Source: the human T2T-CHM13v2.0 reference genome, Homo sapiens. From it: 64,000 nucleotides of DNA. The notes below the pieces were generated by a model. The model was not told where the DNA came from. It did no database searches and saw only the letters and a program-made list of their open reading frames with translations. This document shows positions 42,501 to 55,997 of this stretch, piece by piece; within the stretch, counting starts at the first letter, position 1, and each line of letters opens with the position of its first letter. A program made the position numbers and the translations under genes. Where the stretch lies: assembly GCF_009914755.1 (NCBI RefSeq), contig NC_060940.1; one strand, 5' to 3'.

Positions 42501-45500
42501 ATTCCCTTCCATTCCTTTCTTTGATGATTCCATTCCATTCCATTCAATGATTCCATTCGAATCTATTCCATGATGATTCCTTTCGATTCCATTCGCTGAT
42601 GTTTCCGTTCAATTCCATTCGATGATGATTCCATTCGATTCCATTCATTGAGGATTCCATTTGATTCCATTCAATGATGATTCCGTTCTATTCCATTCAA
42701 TGATTGCATTCAATTCCATTCAGTGATTATCCCCTTAGAGTAAACTCAACGATTCCATTCAATACCATTCGATGATGATTCCTTTTGAGTCCATTCAATG
42801 ATTTCATTCAAGTCCATTTGATGATTCCTTTCAATTCCATTCTATGATGATTCCATTCGAGTCCATTCGATGATTCCATTCGATTGCATTCGATTATTCC
42901 ATTATATTCCAGTCAACGATGATTCCATTCGAGTCCATTCGATGATTCCATTAGAGTACATTTAATGATTGCTTTGTTTTCAATTCGAAGATGATTACAT
43001 TGGATTCCATTCTATGATACCATTCGATTCCATTCAATGATGATTCCACTCAAATCCATTGGATGATTCCATTCGTGTCCATTCGGTGATTTCATTAGAT
43101 TCCATTCGAGGATGATTCCATTCGATTCCATTCGATGATTCCATTCAATTCCATTCGAGGATGATTCCATTCCAGTCCATATGATCATTCCATTTGATTT
43201 CATTCGATGATGATTCCATTCGATTCCATTCGATGATTCCATTCTATTCCATTCGATGATGATTCCATTCGAGTCCATTCGATGATTCCATTCGAGTCCA
43301 TTTAATGATTCCATTGGGTTCAATTCAATGATGATTACATTGGATTCCGTTCTATGATTCCATTCAATTCCGTTCATTGACAATTTGATTCCATTCGATG
43401 ATGATTCCATTTGAGTTCATTCGATGATTCTATTCGATTCTCTTCGATGGTGATTCAATTCTATTATATTGGATGATTCCATTCGATTCCATTTGATGTT
43501 GATTCAATTCGATTCTATTCGATGATGATTCCATTGGATTTCACTTGATGATTCTATTCGATTCCATTCAATGATGATTCACTTCTCGTCCATTGGATGA
43601 TTCCATTTCATTCCATTCGATGATGATTCCATTCGATTCCATTCGATGATTCCATTTGATTCCATGCGTCGGTGAGCAATTCGATTCAATTCCATGATGA
43701 TTCTATTTGATTCAATTAGATGATGTTTCCATTCGAATCCATTCCATGATTATTCCATTGGAATCCATTCGGCGATGATTCCATATGAGTCAATTCAATG
43801 ATGATTCCATATGGGTCCGTTCGATGATAATTCCATTTGATTTCATTCGGTGCTTCTATTCAATTCCAGTCGATGATGATTCCGTTGGAGTCCATACGAT
43901 GATTCCATTTGATTTCATTTGATGATGATTCCATTCGATGATGATTACATTGGATTCCATTCTATGATTCCATTCAATTCCATTCGTTGATGATTCGATT
44001 CCATTCAATGATGATTCCATTTGAGTTCATTCGATGATTCTATTCGATTCCGTTCGATGGTGATTCAATTCTCTTATATTGGATGAATCCACTCGATTCC
44101 ATTTGATGATTATTCCATTGGAGTCCACTTAGTGAATCCTTCAGATTCTACTCGAAGATGATTCCATTCAAGTCCATTCGATGATACCATTCAATTCCAT
44201 TCGTTGATGCTTCCATTCAAGTGCATTCGATGATATCATTCGATTCCATTTGATGATAATTCCATTTGATTCCATGCGATGATTCTATTCGATTCCATTC
44301 AATGATAATTCCATTCAGTTCAGTGATTCCTCTGGACTCCATTTGATGATGATTCCATTCAATGATTCCATTCGATTCTATTCGAAAATGATTCCATTTG
44401 AATCCATTTGATGATGATTCCATTAGATTCCATTTGGTGATTCCATTCGATTCCATGCGACGATGATTCCATTCGATTCCATGTGATGATTCCATTCTAT
44501 TCTATTCGATGATGATTCCATTCGATTCCATTCGATGATGATTGGATTCGATTCCATTTGATGATTTCATTTGATTCCATTCGTTAATGATTTCGATCAA
44601 CTCCATTCGATGATTCCATTCGATTCCATTCGATAATGATTACATCCGTGTCCATTCAGTGATTCCATTTGAGCCCGTTCAATAATTCCATTTGAGTCCA
44701 ACCAATGATTCCATTCATTTCCATTCAATGATTCCATTCGAGTCCATTTGATCATTCCGGTAGGGTCCATTCGATGTTGATTCCATTGGAGTGCATTCGA
44801 TGATTCCATTCGAGTCTATTTTATGATTTGATTCGAGTCCTTTCGATGATTCCATTCGATTCCACTCGATGATGATTTCATTCGAGTCCATTCGACACTT
44901 CCAATCGATTCCATTTGATGTTTCCATTCGAGTCCAATTGATGATTCCATTCAATTCCATTCGATGATGATTCCGTACGATTCCATTCTGTGATGATTCC
45001 ATGTGATTGCATTCAATGATGATTCCTTTAGATTGCATTCGATTGTGATTCATTTCGTCTTCATTCTATGGTTCCACAGGTTTCCATTCATGTCCATTCC
45101 ATTATTCCATTCTATTCCATTTGATGATGATTCCATTCGATTCCATTCATTGGTGATTCCACTCAATTCCATTCAATGATTCCATTCCATTTCTTTCAAC
45201 AATGATTCCATTAGTTTCTAATCGATGATCCACTTGATTCCATTTGACGACGATTCCATTCTTGTCCATTCGATGATTCCATTTGATTCCATATGATGAT
45301 GATTCCATTCGATTCCATACCATGATGATTCCATTCGAGTCCATTCAATGGTGATTCCATTCAATTCCATTCGATGATTCCTTTCGATTCCATTCGATGA
45401 TGATGGCATTCGATTCCTTTCAATCATTCCCTTTGATTCCATTCAAAGGTGATTTCATTCAAGTCCATTCGATAATTGCATTCGATTCCATTCTATGATG

Positions 45501-45789
45501 ATTCCATTCGAGTCCATTTGATGATTCCATTCAATTCAAGTCAATGATGATTCCATTCGATTCCATTCGATGATTCCATTGGATTCCATTCGATGATGAT
45601 TCCATTCAAATCCATTCGATAATTCAATTCAAGTCCATTCGATGATGATTAAAATCGAATCCATTCAAAGATTCCATTCAGTTCCATTCGATGATTCCCT
45701 TAGATTCTATTCGATGATTCCACTTGATTCCATTTACGATGATTCCATTCGATTCCATGTGATGATTCCATTCAATTCTATTCAATGCT
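33514..45789 (+). repeat. Units U7 and U8, two 6,138-bp copies (6,112 + 26)
   Basis: Constant 6,138 offset between ORFs (33502/39640/45778, 34885/41023, 36874/43012); both units carry an extra 26-bp monomer near 33885 and 40023. Confidence 0.92.
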
Positions 45790-48700
45790 GTTTCCATTTG
45801 ATTCCATTCGACCATGATTGCCTTTGATTCCATTCAATGACTCCATTCGGTTCCCTTTGATGATGATTCCGTTCGATTCCATTTCATTATTCCATTTGAT
45901 TCCATTGGATGAGTCCATTCGATTACATTCGATGATTATTCCATTCGAGTGCATTAGATGATTCCATTCGAGTCCATTCGATGATTCCATTCGATTCCAT
46001 TCGATGTTGATTCTGTTCAAATCCATTCGATGATTCCACTCGATTCCATTCGATGACTCCAGTTGATCCCATTCGATGATTTCCTTTGATTCCCTTTGAT
46101 GATCATTCCATTTGATTCAATTCGGTGATTTCATTTGATTCCATTCAGTGATGTTTCCATTCGACTCCATTCGATGATGATTCCATTCGACTCCATTCGA
46201 TTATGATTTCATTCAATTCCATTCGATAATGATTCCCTTTGAGTCCATTCGATGATTCCATTCGATTCCATTCAACGATGATTTGATTCGTGTCCATTCG
46301 ATGATTCCATTTGATTCCACTTGATGATGATTCCATTCGAGTCCATTTGATGATTCCATTCAATTCCATTCTCCGATGATTTCTTTTGAGCCCACTCAAT
46401 GCTTCCACTCGATTCCATATGATGATGACTCCATTCGATGAAATTCGATGATGATTCCATTCGCTTGCATTCGATGATGATTCCACTTGAGTCCATTAGA
46501 AGATTCTATTCAATTACATTCCATGACGATTCCGTTCGAGTCCATTTGATGATTCCATTAGACTCCATTCGACGATGATTCCATTCGATGTTATTCGATG
46601 ATTCCATTCGATCTCATTCGATGATGATTCCATTCAACTCCATTCGATGTTTCCATTCGAGTTCATTCTATTATTCCATTAGATTCCATTCGATGATGAT
46701 TCCATTCGATTCCATTTGATGATTGCATTCTATTTCATTTGATGATGATTCCATTCGAGTCCACTCGATGATTCCATTCGAGTCCATTTAATGAATCCAT
46801 TGGTTTCAATTCTATGATGATTACATTGGATTCCATTCGTTGATGATTTCATTCGGTTCCATTCAATGATGATTCCATTCAATTCCTTTCAATGTTTCCA
46901 TTCAATTCCATACGATGATGATTCCATTTGATTTGATTCGACAGGGAGCCATTCGATTCAATTCCATGATGATTCTATTTGATTCCATTGGTTGACATTT
47001 CCATTCGATTCCATTCGATGATGATTCCCTTTGATTCCATTCAAAGATGATTCCATTCTAGCCCATTCAATCATTCCATTCGATTCTATTCAATGATGAT
47101 TCCATTCATGTCGATTTGGTGATTCCATTTGACTTCATTTGATGATGATTCCTTTCAAGTTCATTAGATGATTCCATTCGATTCCATTTGATGATGATCC
47201 CATTCGAGTCCATTCAGTGATTCCACTCGTTTCCATTCCATGATGATTCCATTCCATTCCATTCAATGATTCCATTCGATTCCGTTTGATGATGATTTCA
47301 TTCGAGTCCATTTGATGATTCCATTTGATTCCATTCGATGATGATTCCATTCGAGTCCATTCGATGATTCTATTCGAATCCATTTGATGATTTCTTTTGA
47401 TTATAGTTGGTGATGATTCCATTGGAGTCCATTCAATGATTCCATTTGATTCCAGTCTCTGATGATTACATTCGAGTCCATACGATGATTCCACTCAATT
47501 CCATATGATGATGATTCCATTCGATTCCATTCGGTGATTCCATTCTATTCTATTCAATGGTGATTCCATTCGAGTACATTAGATGATTCCATTCGATTCC
47601 ATTCAATGATGATTCTATTTGTGTCCCTTAGATGATTCCACATGATTCCATTAGATGATGATACTATTTGAGCCCATCCAATGATACCCTTCGATATCAT
47701 TCGATGAGGATTCCATTCGATTCAATTCATTGGTGATTCTATTCAATTCAATTCTTTGATTCCATTCCATTCCATTCGACAATGATTCCATTCGATTTCT
47801 TTCGATGATTCCACTCGATTCCACTTGACATTGATTCCCTTCGATTCCATTCAATGATTCCATTTGATTCCAGTGGATGATGATTGCCATCGATTCCATT
47901 CGATCACTCCATTCTATTCCATTTGATGATGATTACATTCGATTCCATTTGACGATTCCATCTGATTCTATTCGAGGATTCCATTTGATTCCATTCGATG
48001 ATGATTCCATTCGAGTCCATTCGATGATTTCATTCGAGTACATCCAATGATTCCATTCGAGTCCATTTGATGATTCCATTTGATTCCATTTGATAATGAT
48101 TCTACTAGAGTCCATTCAATGACTCCATTCGAGTCCATTCAACAATTCCATTCGACTCCATTTGATGATTCCATTGGATTCCATTTGATGATTCCATTCG
48201 AGTCCCTTAATCATTACAGTCGAGTCCATTTGGTGATTCCACCGGATTTCTTTTGATAATGATACCATTCAATTACATTTGATGATGATCCCATTCAATT
48301 TCATTTGATGATGATTCCATTAGAGTCCATTCGATGATTTCATTCGAGTCCCTTCATTGATTCCATCCGATTTCATTGGATGATGACTCCATTCGAGTCC
48401 ATTCGATGATTCCACTCGATTCCATTAGATGATTCCATTGGAGTCCATTTCATTGTTCCATTCGATTCCATTCGATTCCTTTCGAAGATTATTCCATTTG
48501 AGTCCATTCGATGATGATTCCATTCCATTCCATTCGATGATTCCGTTTGATTCCATTCGATGATTCCCTTCGATTCCTTTCTTTGATGATTCCATTCCAT
48601 TCCATTCAATGATTCCATTCGAATCTATTCCATGATGATTCCTTTCGATTCCATTCGCTGATGTTTCCGTTCAATTCCATTCGATGATGATTCCATTCGA

Positions 48701-51700
48701 TTCCATTCATTGAGGATTCCATTTGATTCCATTTAATGATGATTCCGTTCTATTCCATTCAATGATTGCATTCAATTCCATTCAATGATTATCCCCTTAG
48801 AGTAAACTCAACGATTCCATTCAATACCATTCGATGATGATTCCTTTTGAGTCCATTCAATGATTTCATTCAAGTCCATTTGATGATTCCTTTCAATTCC
48901 ATTCTATGATGATTCCATTCGAGTCCATTCGATGATTCCATTCGATTGCATTCGATTATTCCATTATATTCCAGTCAACGATGATTCCATTCGAGCCCAT
49001 TCGATGATTCCATTAGAGTACATTTAATGATTGCTTTGTTTTCAATTCGAAGATGATTACATTGGATTCCATTCTATGATACCATTCGATTCCATTCAAT
49101 GATGATTCCACTCAAATCCATTGGATGATTCCATTCGTGTCCATTCGGTGATTTCATTAGATTCCATTCGAGGATGATTCCATTCGATTCCATTCGATGA
49201 TTCCATTCAATTCCATTCGATGATGATTCCATTCCAGTCCATATGATCATTCCATTTGATTTCATTCGATGATGATTCCATTCGATTCCATTCGATGATT
49301 CCATTCTATTCCATTCGATGATGATTCCATTCGAGTCCATTCGATGATTCCATTCGAGTCCATTTAATGATTCCATTGGGTTCAATTCAATGATGATTAC
49401 ATTGGATTCCGTTCTATGATTCCATTCAATTCCGTTCATTGACAATTTGATTCCATTCGATGATGATTCCATTTGAGTTCATTCGATGATTCTATTCGAT
49501 TCTCTTCGATGGTGATTCAATTCTATTATATTGGATGATTCCATTCGATTCCATTTGATGTTGATTCAATTCGATTCTATTCGATGATGATTCCATTGGA
49601 TTTCACTTGATGATTCTATTCGATTCCATTCAATGATGATTCACTTCTCGTCCATTGGATGATTCCATTTCATTCCATTCGATGATGATTCCATTCGATT
49701 CCATTCGATGATTCCATTTGATTCCATGCGACGGTGAGCAATTCGATTCAATTCCATGATGATTCTATTTGATTCAATTAGATGATGTTTCCATTCGAAT
49801 CCATTCCATGATTATTCCATTGGAATCCATTTGGCGATGATTCCATATGAGTCAATTCAATGATGATTCCATATGGGTCCGTTCGATGATAATTCCATTT
49901 GATTTCATTCGATGCTTCTATTCTATTCCAGTCGATGATGATTCCGTTGGAGTCCATACGATGATTCCATTTGATTTCATTTGATGATGATTCCATTCGA
50001 TGATGATTACATTGGATTCCATTCTATGATTCCATTCAATTCCATTCGTTGATGATTCGATTCCATTCAATGATGATTCCATTTGAGTTCATTCGATGAT
50101 TCTATTCGATTCCGTTCGATGGTGATTCAATTCTCTTATATTGGATGATTCCACTCGATTCCATTTGATGATTATTGCATTGGAGTCCACTTAGTGAATC
50201 CTTTAGATTCTACTCGAAGATGATTCCATTCGAGTCCATTCAATGATACCATTCAATTTCATTCGTTGATGCTTCCATTCAAGTGCATTCGATGATATCA
50301 TTCGATTCCATTTGATGATAATTCCATTTGATTCCATGCGATGATTCTATTCGATTCCATTCAATGATAATTCCATTCAATTCAGTGATTCCTCTGGACT
50401 CCATTTGATGATGATTCCATTCAATGATTCCATTCGATTCTATTCCAAAATGATTCCATTTGAATCCATTTGATGATGATTCCATTAGATTCCATTTGAT
50501 GATTCCATTCGATTCCATTTGACGATGATTCCATTCGATTCTATTTGATGATTCCATTCTATTCTATTCGATGATGATTCCATTCGATTCCATTTGATGA
50601 TGATTGGATTCGATTCCATTTGATGATTTCATTTGATTCCATTCGTTAATGATTTCGATCAACTCCATTCGATGATTCCATTTGATTCCATTCGATAATG
50701 ATTACATCCGAGTCCATTCGATGATTCCATTTGAGCCCGTTCGATAATTCCATTTGAGTCCAATCAATGATTCCATTCATTTCCATTCAATGATTCCATT
50801 CGAGTCCATTTGATCATTCTGGTAGGGTCCGTTCGATGTTGATTCCATTGGAGTGCATTCGATGATTCCATTCGAGTCCATTTTATGATTTGATTCGAGT
50901 CCTTTCGATGATTCCATTAGATTCCACTCGATGATGATTTCATTCGAGTCCATTCGACACTTCCAATCGATTCCATTTGATGTTTCCATTCGAGTCCAAT
51001 TGATGATTCCATTCAATTCCATTCGATGATGATTCCGTACGATTCCATTCTGTGATGATTCCATGTGATTGCATTCAATGATGATTCCTTTCGACTGCAT
51101 TCGATTATGATTCATTTCGTGTTCATTCTATGGTTCCACAGGTTTCCATTCGATGACGTTTCCGTTCGTGTCCATTCCATTATTCCATTCTATTTCATTT
51201 GATGATGATTCCATTCGATTCCATTCATTGGTGATTCCACTCAATTCCATTCAATGATTCCATTCCATTTCTTTCAACAATGATTCCATTACTTTCTATT
51301 CGATGATCCACTTGATTCCATTTGGCGATGATTCCATTCGTGTCCATTCGATGATTCCATTTGATTCCATATGATGATGATTCCATTCGATTCCATACCA
51401 TGATGATTCCATTCGAGTCCATTCAATGGTGATTCCATTCAATTCCATTCGATGATTCCTTCCGATTCCATTCGATGATGATGGCATTCGATTCCTTTCA
51501 ATCATTCCCTTTGATTCCATTCAAAGGTGATTTCATTCAAGTCCATTCGATAATTGCATTCGATTCCATTCTATGATGATTCCATTCGAGTCCATTTGAT
51601 GATTGCATTCAATTCAAGTCAATGATGATTCCATTTAATTCCACTCGATGATTCCATTGGATTCCATTCGATGATGATTCCATTCAAATCCATTCGATAA

Positions 51701-51870
51701 TTCAATTCAAGTCCATTCGATGATGATTCCAATCGAATCCATTCAAAGATTCCATTCAATTCCATTCGATGATGATTCCCTTAGATTCCATTCGATGATT
51801 CCACTTGATTCCATTTACGATGATTCCATTCGATTCCATGTGATGAATCCATTCAATTCTATTCAATGAT
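45790..51870 (+). repeat. Unit U9 (6,081 bp = 6,112 - 49 - 1 + 16 + 3)
   Basis: Landmark ORFs 45778 and 51859; 49-bp deletion near 47440, 1-bp loss near 48205, 16-bp extra near 51151 and 3-bp extra near 51770. Confidence 0.87.
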
Positions 51871-54800
51871 GTTTCCATTTGATTCCATTGGACCATGATT
51901 GCCTTTGATTCCATTCAATGATTCCATTCGGTTCCATTTGATGATGATTCCGTTCGATTCCATTTCATTATTCCATTTGATTCCATTGGATGAGTCCATT
52001 CGATTACATTCGATGATTATTCCATTCGAGTGCATTAGATGATTGCATTCGAGTCCATTCGATGATTCCATTCGATTCCATTCGATGTTGATTCTGTTCA
52101 AATCCATTCGATGATTCCACTCGATTCCATTCGATGACTCCATTTGATCCCATTCGATGATTTCCTGTGATTCCCTTTGATGATCATTCTATTTGATTCA
52201 ATTCGGTGATTTCATTTCATTCCATTCAGTGATGTTTCCATTCGACTGTATTCGATGATGATTCCATTCGACTCCATTCGATTATGATTTCATTCAATTC
52301 CATTCAATAATGATTCCCTTCGAGTCCATTCGATGATTCCATTCGATTCCATTCATCGATGATTTGATTCGTTTCCATTCGATGATTCCATTTGATTCCA
52401 CTTGATGATGATTCCATTCGAGTCCATTTGATGATTCCATTCGAGTCTATTTATGTATTATATTCGTGTCCACTTCATGATTCCATTCAATTCCATTTAA
52501 TGTTGATTCCATTTGATTCCATTTGATGATTCAGTTCGATTCCTTGCAATGATTCCCTACGATTCCTTTCTATGATGATTCCATTCGATTCCATTCATTG
52601 ATGATTTCATTCGACTCCATTCGATGATGATTCCTTTCGATTCCATTTGACGATGTTTCCATTCGAGTCCATTCGATGATGATTCTATTCAATTCTGTTC
52701 TATTATGATTCCATTCGATTTCATTCAATGCTTCTATTTGATTCCATTCGATGATGATTCCATCTCTTTCCCTTCGATGATTCCATTTGATTCCATTCAG
52801 TGATGATTCCATTTGATTCCATCTGATGATGATTTCACTTGATTCATTTCAATGATGATTCCATTCAAGTCCATTCGATGATTCCATTGGAGTCCAAACG
52901 ATCATTCCGTTCGATTCCATTCAATGGTGATTCCATTCATGTCCATTCGATGAATCCATTCAATTCCATTCGATGATGACTCCATTCGAGTACATTCGAT
53001 GATTCCATTTGATTCCATTTGAAGATGATTCCATTCAATTCCATTCGAAGATGATTCCATTCAATTCCATTCGATGATGATTCCGTATGAATCCATTCTC
53101 TGATTATTCCATTCGATTCCATTCATTGACGATTCCATTCAATTCCATTCAATGATGATTCTCTTCTATTCCATTCGATGATTCCGGTCGATTCCATTCG
53201 ATGATGATTCCATTAGATTCCATTCGATTGTTGCATTCGATTCCCTTCGATGATGATTCCTTTGAATTCCATTTGATTATCATTCCGTATGAATCCATTT
53301 GATGATTATTCCATTGGATTCCTTTCAATGATGATTCCATTCGATTCCATTTGATGATGTTTCTCTTGTATTCCATTGGATAATTCCTTTCAGTTCCCTT
53401 CGATGATTATTCTTTCGAGTCAATTCGATGATTCTATTCCATTCCCTTCGATGATGATTCCATTTCACTCCATTTGATGATTCCATTCGACTCAATTTGG
53501 TGATGATTCAATTCGATGACATTCGATGACTCCATTCAATTTCATTTGATGATGATTACATTCGAGTCCATTTGATGATTGTATTCCTTTCCTTTTGATG
53601 ATTATTCCATTCGTGTCTATTCAAAGGTTCCATTCTATTCCATTCAATGATGATTGCATTTGATTCCATTCAATGATTATGGCTATCGATTCCACTCGTT
53701 GATTCCATTTGATTCCGTTCGATGATTATTCCGTTAGATTCCATTAGAAGATTCCATTCTATTTTATTCAATGATTCCAATGGATTCCATTCAATGATGA
53801 TTCCATTCGACTCCATTCAGTGATTCCATTCGAGTCCATTTGATGATTCCATTCTTTTCCATTTGATGATGATTCCATTAGGGTCCATTCAATGATTCCA
53901 TTCGAGTCCATTCGTTAATGCCTTTCGAGTCCTTTTGATCACTACATTCGAGTCCATTCAATGATTCTATTCGATTCCATTCCATGATGATTCCATTCGA
54001 GTTCATTCGATGATTGCATTCGAGTCCATTTGATGATTCCATATGATTCCCTTCGACAATGATTTCATTCGTGTCCATTTGATGATTCCATTCATTTCCT
54101 ATCGATGAAGATTCCATTCGAGTGTATTCGATGATTCCATTCAAATCCATTCGATGATGATTCCATTCCAGTCCATTCGATCATTCCACTTGATTCCATT
54201 TGATGACTATTCCATTCAAATCCATTTGATGATTCCATTCGATTCCATTCGATGTTACCATTCGAGTATATACGATGATTCCACTCGATTCCATTTGATG
54301 ATTATTCCATTGGAGTCCACTTAGTGAATCCTTTAGATTCTACTCGAAGATGATTCCATTCGAGTCCATTCGATGATACCATTCAATTCCATTCGTTGAT
54401 GCTTCAATTCAAGTGCATTCGATGATATCATTCGATTCCATTTGATGATAATTCCATTTGATTGCATGCGATGATTCTATTCGATTCCATTCAATGATAA
54501 TTCCATTCAATTCAGTGATTCCTCTGGACTCCATTTGATGATGATTCCATTCAATGATTCCATTCGATTCTATTCGAAAATGATTCCATTTGAATCCATT
54601 TGATGATGATTCCATTGGATTCCATTTGATGATTCCATTCGATTCCATTCGATGATGATTCCATTCGATTCCTTTTGATGATTCCATTCTATTGTATTCG
54701 ATGATGATTCCATTCGATTCCATTCGATGATGATTGGATTCGATTCCATTTGATGATTTCATTTGATTCCATTCGATAATGATTTCGATCAATTCCATTC

Positions 54801-55997
54801 GATGATTCCATTCGATTCCATTCGATAATGATTACATCCGAGTCCATTCGATGATTCCATTTGAGCCCGTTCGATAATTCCATTTGAGTCCAATCAATGA
54901 TTCCATTCATTTCCATTCAATGATTCCATTCGAGTCCATTTGATCATTCCGGTAAGGTCCGTTCGATGTTGATTCCATTGGAGTGCATTCGATGATTCCA
55001 TTCGAGTCCATTTTAGGATTTGATTCGAGTCCTTTCGATGATTCCATTCGATTCCACTCGATGATTTCATTCGAGTCCATTCGACACTTCCAATCGATTC
55101 CATTTGATGTTTCCATTCGATTCCAATTGATGATTCCATTCAATTCCATTCGATGATGATTCCGTACGATTCCATTCTGTGATGATTCCATGTGATTGCA
55201 TTCAATGATGATTCCTTTCGATTGCATTCGATTATGATTCATTTCGTGTTCATTCTATGGTTCCACAGGTTTCCATTCGATGATGTTTCCATTCGTGTCC
55301 ATTCCATGATTCCATTCTATTCCATTTGAAGATGATTCCATTCGATTCCGTTCATTGGTGATTCCACTCAATTCCATTCAATGATTCCATTCCATTTCTT
55401 TCAACAATGATTCCATTAGTTTCTATTCGATGATCCACTTGATTCCATTTGACGATGATTCCATTCGTGTCCATTCGATGATTCCATTTGATTCCATATG
55501 ATGATGATTCCATTCGATTCCATACGATGATGATTCCATTCGAGTCCATTCAATGGTGATTCCATTCAATTCCATTCGATGATTCCTTTCGATTCCATTC
55601 AATGATGATGGCATTCAATTCCTTTCGATCATTCCCTTTGATTCCATTCAAAGGTGATTTCATTCAAGTCCATTCGATAATTGCATTCGATTCCATTCTA
55701 TGATGATTCCATTCGAGTCCATTTGATGATTCCATTCAATTCAAGTCAATGATGATTCCATTCGATTCCACTCGATGATTCCATTGGATTCCATTCGATG
55801 ATGATTCCATTCAAATCCATTCGATAATTCAATTCAAGTCCATTCGATGATGATTCCGATCGAATCCATTCAAAGATTCCACTCAATTCCATTCGATGAT
55901 GATTCCCTTAGATTCCATTCGATGATTCCACTTGATTCCATTTACGATGATTCCATTCGATTCCATGTGATGATTCCATTCAATTCTATTCAATGAT
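51871..55997 (+). repeat. Unit U10 (4,127 bp), second island-bearing unit
   Basis: Same length and structure as U5 at a +28,420 offset. Confidence 0.88.
52441..54272 (+). repeat. Divergent HSat2 island, copy 2
   Basis: Near-identical to 24021-25852; ORF pairs 24517/52937, 24729/53149 and 25458/53878 are all 28,420 apart. Confidence 0.88.
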
